Source: Asaia bogorensis (GTDB lineage: Bacteria > Pseudomonadota > Alphaproteobacteria > SHVZ01). From it: 52,579 bases of DNA. The position numbers and the translations under genes were made by a program. A model generated the notes under the pieces. The model saw nothing but the letters and a program-made list of their open reading frames with translations. It did no database searches and was not told the origin of the DNA. Shown here piece by piece: positions 45,869-52,579 of this stretch. Positions within the stretch are counted from its first letter, which is position 1. Each line of letters begins with the position of its first letter. The stretch lies in NCBI GenBank assembly GCA_945897335.1, contig CAMDFP010000003.1:1-52579 (forward strand), read 5' to 3'.

Positions 45869-48800
45869 TCAGAACGAATAGCGCGTCAGGGCCACCTGTT
45901 GCCCGTTCGGAAGCGTCAGCGTCGCGGCCGTCTGACTCGAGAACTGAATCGTGATCGTGCCGGCGTTCAAGCTGGTGGTCGGGGCGTTGTAGGGCCCTCC
46001 GAGGGTCTGGCCGCCGCGGAACTCGGTCAGCACGCCGGTATAGAGCGAGGTCGACGTCATCGAGCCATTGGAGACGTACCAGGCGGCCTGGCCGGTGCTG
46101 TCGTACATGTACGTCGCGAGGAACATCGTCGATCCCTGGACCTCGATGAAGTAGCCGCGGCCGCTTTCCGAGGAGTTCCACCACCAGCCCTTCTGCGGCA
46201 TTCCGGCCGACGCCCCTGCGGTGACGCCGCCGCTTACGATGTCGTAGCGCGTGAGCGGGATGGTGCCGCCCGGCCAGGTGAGACGGCCCGAAGTCGTGGT
46301 ATCGAAGCTCAAGGTGACGGTGCCGACGGACCCGAGGTAGCTCGGCGCCTGGTAGCTGCCTGACAGCGTCTGGCCGCCGGAGAACTGCTGCAGGGTGCCC
46401 TGGTAGACGCCGTTTGAGGCGCGGGCGCCCGAGGAGACGTACCAGATCGGCGTACCGTCGGTGGAATAGAGGTATCCGGCCAGGAACAGGTTGTTGCCGC
46501 TGACCTCCAGCGAGAAGCCGCGGCCTGACTCGCTCGCATACCACCACCAGCCGGTCTCGGGCGTCGCCGAGGTGGAGGAAGAGGAGAGGCTGGCCTGGAA
46601 CATGCCGCGGCCGTGAGTGGCGGCGATCAGCGTGGTGGTCGATCCGACGAAGAACAATTCGTCGACCGACACGGCGCCCGGGCCGTCATTGGTCGTGGAC
46701 CACGTTGTTCCGCCGTCCTCGCTCGAGAATATCCCGACCTCGGTCCCGACGTAGAGCCAGCCGGCATTGCTCGGATGGCGGGCGATGCCGCGGATCGGCG
46801 CCTCCGCGAGGCCGGTGGAGATGTCGGTCCAGCTCGTGCCGCCGTTCGTCGTCTTCCGGATATTTCCCGAGCTGTAGCCGCCAAAGGTGACGTAGACGGT
46901 GTTGGAATCGGATGGATCGATGAGGATCCGCAGGACCTTCCGGGACGGCCCGATGGTGACCGCGGTCCAGGTCGGCGTGGTTGCCGTTCCATTGGTGGTC
47001 TTGGCGACCGAACCGTCATTGTAGCCGACCCAGATGTTGGCGGCATTGCCGGTGGCGACCGCAACGGCGCTGATGTAGTTGCCGGAGGTCGAGGACGGCG
47101 ACTTCGCCACGCGCCAGGTCGGCGCCGTCGCCTTGACGTTGTCGGTGATCCATAGCGAGGCCGCCCCGACCAGCATCCGGGACTGGCTGTTGGGATCGAG
47201 GATGAAGGGGGCGATGAAGTTCGATTCGCTGGTTCCGCCGCAGTCGTCGCCGCCCTCCGTGATGCCCGTGCAGACATAGCCGTCGCTGTTGACGCCGGAA
47301 TCGGAAGAGCGGTGGATGGAGGCGTAGACGTACTCCCCGTAGACATATCGGGAGTCGGTCTGGTCGATCGCGGCATAGCCTCCATCGCCGCCAAAGAATG
47401 TGGTCCAGGTGGTCGAGCCGGTCGTGCTGAGCGACCCGTTGTCCTGCGTTCCGCCGGTGATCAGCGCGCCATTTGCGGAAGCGGCGCCGCCGTAGAACTG
47501 GGTCGTCGTGATCCCGGTCGAGATCGACGACCAGGTGTTCGATGACGAGTTGCCGTTGGCGGTGGAGATGTTGGTCGATTTCCAGACGCCGCCATCATTG
47601 CCGACGAAGACAGTCAGGTTGCTCGAGCCGTTGAAGCCGGGGTGGTGGGCGATGGCATGCTGGTCGGCATGCGGCGAGTTCGGCCACAGATACCAGGTGG
47701 AGATCGAGGTGAAGCTGGTTCCGCCGTTGGTCGAACGGTGGAGATCGATACCGCCGATTACCACGAGGTTGGAGTCGGTCGGCGACACCCAGATCGTATT
47801 GTCGTACCAGCCCTGGCTGCCGAGGTGACTGGGCGAGGAGCGGAGCGACCAACTGGTCCCGCCATTGGTCGAGCGGTAGATCCTGCCAGTGCCGGATTGG
47901 ACCGAGGCGTAGACGGTTCCGCTCGACGACGCGGCGAAGGCGAGTTCGACCCGGCTGCCGCCCGAGACGATGGTGACCGTCGAGAACGAGGCCCCGCTGT
48001 CGGTCGATACGGCCACCGCGCCGTCAGCCCGCCCCGCGATCGCACGGGTGGTCGTGTTCGGGTCCCATTTGACGTCGAGAGCGCGTGTCGAAGTGATCTG
48101 CGTCCAGCTGGTGCCGCCATCGGTGGTCCGGTACACGCCGCCGTTGGTCGCCGCGAGGATCAGGCTCGAATTGGACGGATTCACCGCGATGCGGTTGACG
48201 TAGTACCAGTTCGTGTCGTTGGCGGGGTTGGTGGCCGAGAGTTGAATCCAGGTCTGACCGCCATCGGCTGAGCGGAAGATGCCGGCGCCGCGGATGGCGT
48301 CGCTATTGAAGAATCCTTCGCCGGTGCCGGCATACAGGATCTCGGTGTTGGTCGGGTCCATCACCAGCGAGGCGATGGCGAGATTGCTCTGGAAGTCGTT
48401 GAGGGCCCGCCATGTGCTGCCGCCGTCGGCGGTGTACCAGATGCCGCCCGAGACCGAGCCGACCCAGATGCGGTTGCCGTCGGTCGGATGCACGAGGAGG
48501 GCGCGGACGCGGCCCGGGATGTTGACGGGCCCAAGCGAAGACCAGCGGGTTGCATCGAGGCCGGCGAGCGGCCGGGCGACGTTGCCCTGCGCGGCGCGGG
48601 TGCGCTCGATCACCGCTTCGCGCTGGGCCAGCGCCTCGCCGAGGCCGTTGGGCTTGATTGTGCCTGTATCGTCGCGCTGCCCCATGGCGCGCCACTTCGC
48701 CCATTCGCCGGGATGGTCGGGCTTCGGCCGATCGACCCGCCGGATCGCCCGCGCCAGCAACGGGGTCCGCATCGTGCAGATCCCGTCGTTGGTCAGGGAC

Positions 48801-48973
48801 CTCTCGTCGCGAAGCCGCTTCAGGCGCTCGGGGGTCTGACCAATGATCTCCGCGACGCGGACGTCTTCGCGTTCGCCGAAGCATCGGTCGCCCTCCACCT
48901 CTTGGCGCTCCGGGGCCGTCTGGCAGGCCGCGAGCAGCAGTGCGAGCAGGAGGAGCGAAAGGCGTCTGATCAT
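45869..48973 (-). CDS. Large predicted lipoprotein with BNR/Asp-box beta-propeller region (GH74/VPS10/sialidase-like) and two tandem C-terminal ~105-aa repeats
   Basis: Lipobox LLAAC. Many (S/T)xDGGx(S/T)W boxes; GPVNIPGRVRAL and HADQHAI; two GWWWxxSESGRG repeats. Confidence 0.85.
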   Translation of the reverse strand: MIRRLSLLLLALLLAACQTAPERQEVEGDRCFGEREDVRVAEIIGQTPERLKRLRDERSLTNDGICTMRTPLLARAIRRVDRPKPDHPGEWAKWRAMGQRDDTGTIKPNGLGEALAQREAVIERTRAAQGNVARPLAGLDATRWSSLGPVNIPGRVRALLVHPTDGNRIWVGSVSGGIWYTADGGSTWRALNDFQSNLAIASLVMDPTNTEILYAGTGEGFFNSDAIRGAGIFRSADGGQTWIQLSATNPANDTNWYYVNRIAVNPSNSSLILAATNGGVYRTTDGGTSWTQITSTRALDVKWDPNTTTRAIAGRADGAVAVSTDSGASFSTVTIVSGGSRVELAFAASSSGTVYASVQSGTGRIYRSTNGGTSWSLRSSPSHLGSQGWYDNTIWVSPTDSNLVVIGGIDLHRSTNGGTSFTSISTWYLWPNSPHADQHAIAHHPGFNGSSNLTVFVGNDGGVWKSTNISTANGNSSSNTWSSISTGITTTQFYGGAASANGALITGGTQDNGSLSTTGSTTWTTFFGGDGGYAAIDQTDSRYVYGEYVYASIHRSSDSGVNSDGYVCTGITEGGDDCGGTSESNFIAPFILDPNSQSRMLVGAASLWITDNVKATAPTWRVAKSPSSTSGNYISAVAVATGNAANIWVGYNDGSVAKTTNGTATTPTWTAVTIGPSRKVLRILIDPSDSNTVYVTFGGYSSGNIRKTTNGGTSWTDISTGLAEAPIRGIARHPSNAGWLYVGTEVGIFSSEDGGTTWSTTNDGPGAVSVDELFFVGSTTTLIAATHGRGMFQASLSSSSTSATPETGWWWYASESGRGFSLEVSGNNLFLAGYLYSTDGTPIWYVSSGARASNGVYQGTLQQFSGGQTLSGSYQAPSYLGSVGTVTLSFDTTTSGRLTWPGGTIPLTRYDIVSGGVTAGASAGMPQKGWWWNSSESGRGYFIEVQGSTMFLATYMYDSTGQAAWYVSNGSMTSTSLYTGVLTEFRGGQTLGGPYNAPTTSLNAGTITIQFSSQTAATLTLPNGQQVALTRYSF

Positions 48974-49069
48974 TACGACGGACCGGTCGTAGGGGGGATG
49001 CACCCTCCCGGGACGGGAAGGATAAAGTCTGGATGATACCTGCAGGCAGCCACCTTGTGGAAGGTCCTG

Positions 49070-49501
49070 CTAATCCCCTCGGACTGTGAGAACGACGGGA
49101 TGGCTGAAACTATATCCGTCATGGGCCAGCGTGACCGTGAGCCGATGCTCGCCGGGCTCTGATGCCTTCAAGGAGAAGTTCCGGATCGGCACGACTCCGA
49201 GTGCCGGCGGGTCTCCGGGCAACGCCGTCGGCGGCTGAATGCGTCCGCCGATCGGGGCGAGGCCGTTGAGGACGAAGCTGGATGGCGAGACTTCCACGCC
49301 TCGGGGGACGGAGAGGGTCAGGGTCGCGGTCGGGATCGCTGCCCGTGCCGCGATCGAGACGCGGAGGATGCCGGTCTCGGCCACCCGCAATTCCGGCGAC
49401 GGAACGGTGATGATCAGATCCACAGAGGGCTCGTCACAGGCGCCGAGGCCCAGCGCAAGCAGGGTCATTACGGTGCCGATCGCACGTCGGACGGCCGCCA
49501 T
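49070..49501 (-). CDS. Small predicted lipoprotein, beta-rich (Ig-like) hypothetical
   Basis: Signal peptide with LGAC lipobox; alternating beta-strand pattern; PGEHRLTVTL. Confidence 0.65.
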   Translation of the reverse strand: MAAVRRAIGTVMTLLALGLGACDEPSVDLIITVPSPELRVAETGILRVSIAARAAIPTATLTLSVPRGVEVSPSSFVLNGLAPIGGRIQPPTALPGDPPALGVVPIRNFSLKASEPGEHRLTVTLAHDGYSFSHPVVLTVRGD

Positions 49502-49530
49502 TCTCGCCCGGCCGACGCGATGGACGCCGG

Positions 49531-50013
49531 TCAGACGAAGCGGATCTTGACGATCTCGTACGACTTCGAGCCGCGGGGGGTCACCACCTCGACGGAGTCG
49601 CCGACCGCCTTGCCGATCAGGGCGCGGGCGAGCGGCGAGGTGACCGAGAGCAGACCCTTGGCGATGTCGCTCTCGTCGGCGCCGACGATCTGGTACTTCG
49701 CCTCTTCGTCAGTGTCCTCGTCGGCCAGAGTCACCGTCGCGCCGAAGGTGACGGTCTTTCCGGAGAGCTTCTTGACGTCGATGATCTCGGCCAGGCTGAT
49801 CTTGGCCTCAAGCTCCATCACGCGCCCTTCGATGAAGCTCTGGCGCTCGCGCGCGGCATGGTACTCGGCGTTCTCCGACAGGTCGCCATGGTCGCGCGCT
49901 TCCGCGATCGCTTTGATGATCGCCGGCCGTTCCACTGTCTTCAGCTGACGCAATTCCTCAACCAGCCTTTCATAGCCGGAGAGCGTCATCGGAACCTTGT
50001 CGATACCAGTCAT
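49531..50013 (-). CDS. greA: Transcription elongation factor GreA (alternative GTG start at 50022)
   Basis: Motifs [45 protein letters not shown]. Confidence 0.97.
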   Translation of the reverse strand: MTGIDKVPMTLSGYERLVEELRQLKTVERPAIIKAIAEARDHGDLSENAEYHAARERQSFIEGRVMELEAKISLAEIIDVKKLSGKTVTFGATVTLADEDTDEEAKYQIVGADESDIAKGLLSVTSPLARALIGKAVGDSVEVVTPRGSKSYEIVKIRFV

Positions 50014-50060
50014 GCCCGTCACAGACCCTCCTCACCCGCCTTGCAGAAGCGAGACGGAGT

Positions 50061-52579
50061 TCAAAAAGAGCCGCTCACGTAGGATTGCAAGGGAGCTACT
50101 TCAAGCTTGCCGCGTTTCAGGGCGTTGATCCCGCGGACTGCCGCGCGTGCCCCCTCAACGGTCGTATAGTAGGGAATATTGTAAGTCAGCGCCGCCTGGC
50201 GCAAGTCGAAACTGTCTTTGATCGCCTGAGCCCCCTCGGTGGTGTTGAAGACCAGTGCCACATGGCCGGACTTCATGTTGTCGACGATGTGAGGGCGGCC
50301 TTCGGCGACCTTGTTGACGCGTGCGACCGGCAACCCCGCAGCCTTCAACACATCTGCGGTGCCACGGGTTGCCAGCAGCTTGAAGCCCATGGCGACGAGA
50401 TCGCGGCACATCGGCACGATCGTCGGCTTGTCCGAGTCCTTCACCGAGATGAACACCGTGCCGAAGTCCGGAAGAAGCGTGCCGGCGGCGATCTGCGACT
50501 TGAGAAAGGCCTTGGCGAAGTCGGTGTCGATGCCCATGACCTCGCCGGTCGATTTCATCTCGGGACCAAGGATGATGTCGACGCCGGGGAAGCGGGCGAA
50601 GGGGAAGACGGCTTCCTTCACCGCGACGTGCTTGGGGTCGGACGTCGGCAGATTGAAAGTCGACAGCCTCTCGCCGGCCATGACGCGGGCGGCGACCTTG
50701 GCGATGGGAACGCCGGTCGCCTTGGCGACGAAGGGCACGGTGCGGGAGGCGCGCGGATTGACCTCGAGGATGTAGACGTCCTGGTCCTTGACCGCGAATT
50801 GCACGTTCATCAGTCCAACGACGTTCAGCGCCTTCGCCAGCATCGCTGTCTGGCGGCGGATGTCCTCGACCACCTCGCGCGGCAGGGTCTGCGGTGGCAG
50901 CGAGCAGGCGGAATCGCCGGAATGGATACCGGCCTCCTCGATGTGCTCCATGACGCCAGCGATGTAGACGTCGGTGCCGTCGCAGAGCGCGTCGACGTCG
51001 ACCTCGGCGGCGTTGCGGAGGAAACGGTCGATCAGCACCGGGTTCCGGCCCCAGGCGCGCATCGCCTCCTTCATGTAGCGGCGGAGCTGGCCGATCTCGT
51101 GCACGATCTCCATCGCGCGCCCGCCCAGCACGTAGGAGGGGCGGATGACGATCGGATAGCCGATGCGCTGCGCGACCTCCTCGGCTTCCTCGACAGAGGT
51201 CGCAGTGCCGTTCTCCGGCTGGCGGAGGCCGAGCTTCTTCAGGAGCTGCTGGAAGCGCTTGCGGTCCTCGGCGAGATCGATCGCATCCGGTGATGTGCCA
51301 AGGATGGGGATGCCCGCGGCTTCGAGGGCGGCCGCCAGCTTCAGCGGCGTCTGGCCGCCGAACTGGACGATGACGCCGACGATCGTGCCGTTCGCCTGCT
51401 CGGCGTGCACCAACTCGATCACGTCCTCGGCCGTCAGCGGCTCGAAATAGAGACGGTCGGAGGTGTCGTAGTCGGTCGAGACGGTCTCAGGGTTGCAGTT
51501 GACCATCAGCGTCTCGAAGCCGGCGTCCTTCAAGGCGTAGGCGGCGTGGACGCAGCAATAGTCGAACTCGATGCCCTGGCCAATGCGGTTCGGTCCGCCG
51601 CCGAGGATCACCACCTTCCTGCGGTCGGACGGCTCGACTTCGGTCTCGCCATCATACGTCGAGTACATGTACGGCGTCGGCGATGCGAACTCGCCGGCGC
51701 AGGTGTCGATGCGCTTGTAGACGGGGCGGACGTCGAGCTTGCGACGGCGCGCTGTGGCCTCGTCTTCCTCGACCTTGGTGAGTTCGGCCAGGCGTGCATC
51801 GGAGAAGCCCATGCGCTTCAGCCTCCGGAAACCCTCGGCTGTCGCCGGCAAGCCCGACCGGGCGACCTCCGCCTCGGTGTCGATCAACGCCTTCACCTGG
51901 CGGAGGAACCAGGGATCGTAGTGGCAGGCCGCATGCACGTCCTCGATCGAGACGCCGAGCCTGAACGCCTGGGCGATGCGGAGCAGCCGGTCCGGCGTCG
52001 GCTCGGCCAGCACGCGGCGCACGGCCTGCGGATCGACCGCCTCGGGATCGACGCCCGGAAGCTCGACCGGGTTGAGACCGGTCAGGCCCGTCTCCATCGA
52101 ACGGAACGCCTTCTGCAGGGATTCCTGGAAGTTCCGGCCGATCGCCATCGCCTCGCCGACCGACTTCATCGAGGTGGTCAGCAGTGCCTTGGCACCGGGA
52201 AACTTCTCGAAGGTGAAGCGAGGCATCTTGGTGACGACGTAGTCGATGGTCGGCTCGAAGGAGGCCGGCGTCACCTTGGTGATGTCGTTCTGGATCTCGT
52301 CCAGCGTGTAGCCGACCGCGAGCTTGGCCGCGACCTTGGCGATGGGGAAGCCGGTTGCCTTGGATGCCAGCGCGGACGAGCGCGAGACACGCGGGTTCAT
52401 CTCGATGATGACCAGGCGCCCGTCGGCGGGATTGACCGCGAACTGGACGTTGGAGCCGCCGGTGTCGACGCCGATCTCACGGAGCACCGCGATCGAAGCG
52501 TCGCGCATCCGCTGGTATTCTTTGTCGGTCAAGGTCAACGCCGGCGCGACGGTGATTGAATCGCCGGTATGCACACCCA
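50061..52579 (-). CDS. carB: Carbamoyl-phosphate synthase large subunit, 5' truncated by the window edge
   Basis: Motifs [61 protein letters not shown]; C-terminal MGS domain; carB-greA synteny. Confidence 0.98.
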   Translation of the reverse strand, partial: GVHTGDSITVAPALTLTDKEYQRMRDASIAVLREIGVDTGGSNVQFAVNPADGRLVIIEMNPRVSRSSALASKATGFPIAKVAAKLAVGYTLDEIQNDITKVTPASFEPTIDYVVTKMPRFTFEKFPGAKALLTTSMKSVGEAMAIGRNFQESLQKAFRSMETGLTGLNPVELPGVDPEAVDPQAVRRVLAEPTPDRLLRIAQAFRLGVSIEDVHAACHYDPWFLRQVKALIDTEAEVARSGLPATAEGFRRLKRMGFSDARLAELTKVEEDEATARRRKLDVRPVYKRIDTCAGEFASPTPYMYSTYDGETEVEPSDRRKVVILGGGPNRIGQGIEFDYCCVHAAYALKDAGFETLMVNCNPETVSTDYDTSDRLYFEPLTAEDVIELVHAEQANGTIVGVIVQFGGQTPLKLAAALEAAGIPILGTSPDAIDLAEDRKRFQQLLKKLGLRQPENGTATSVEEAEEVAQRIGYPIVIRPSYVLGGRAMEIVHEIGQLRRYMKEAMRAWGRNPVLIDRFLRNAAEVDVDALCDGTDVYIAGVMEHIEEAGIHSGDSACSLPPQTLPREVVEDIRRQTAMLAKALNVVGLMNVQFAVKDQDVYILEVNPRASRTVPFVAKATGVPIAKVAARVMAGERLSTFNLPTSDPKHVAVKEAVFPFARFPGVDIILGPEMKSTGEVMGIDTDFAKAFLKSQIAAGTLLPDFGTVFISVKDSDKPTIVPMCRDLVAMGFKLLATRGTADVLKAAGLPVARVNKVAEGRPHIVDNMKSGHVALVFNTTEGAQAIKDSFDLRQAALTYNIPYYTTVEGARAAVRGINALKRGKLEVAPLQSYVSGSF

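Overview
A GC-rich chromosomal segment that looks alphaproteobacterial (Rhodospirillales-like; an inference from gene style). About 45 genes are tightly packed, mostly transport and catabolism. It runs from the 3' part of a CoxL/xanthine-dehydrogenase-family molybdoenzyme subunit to greA and a partial carB. Main blocks: (1) a small membrane ORF plus terC; (2) a family-5 substrate-binding protein (SBP), an IMPase-family gene, a serine-glyoxylate-type aminotransferase, a HAD hydrolase, a pentapeptide-repeat gene and an MFS transporter; (3) a complete PotD/AfuA-type ABC transporter preceded by a near-consensus Pho box; (4) a ~15 kb amide/peptide-hydrolase cluster with two divergent MlrC/M81 paralogs, an acetamidase, an AstE/AspA deacylase, an atypical M19 protein, a serine hydrolase, an M20 peptidase and three orphan family-5 SBPs; (5) a LysR / Rieske oxygenase / GcvT-fused flavoprotein module suggesting N-demethylation; (6) ybaL; (7) a non-phosphorylative aldose/6-deoxysugar catabolic cluster under a GntR; (8) a DUF6356-like gene with a second GntR carrying the same TGACATGTCA palindrome; (9) a Fur-box-preceded hypothetical gene; (10) a ~1,030-aa BNR-repeat lipoprotein with a tandem C-terminal domain and a small lipoprotein neighbour. 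Two probable pseudogenes are present: a histidine-kinase remnant and a GNAT with a TGA at a probable Trp codon. I saw no rRNA, tRNA, CRISPR array or transposase. All product calls come from motif recognition by eye; no database search was run.
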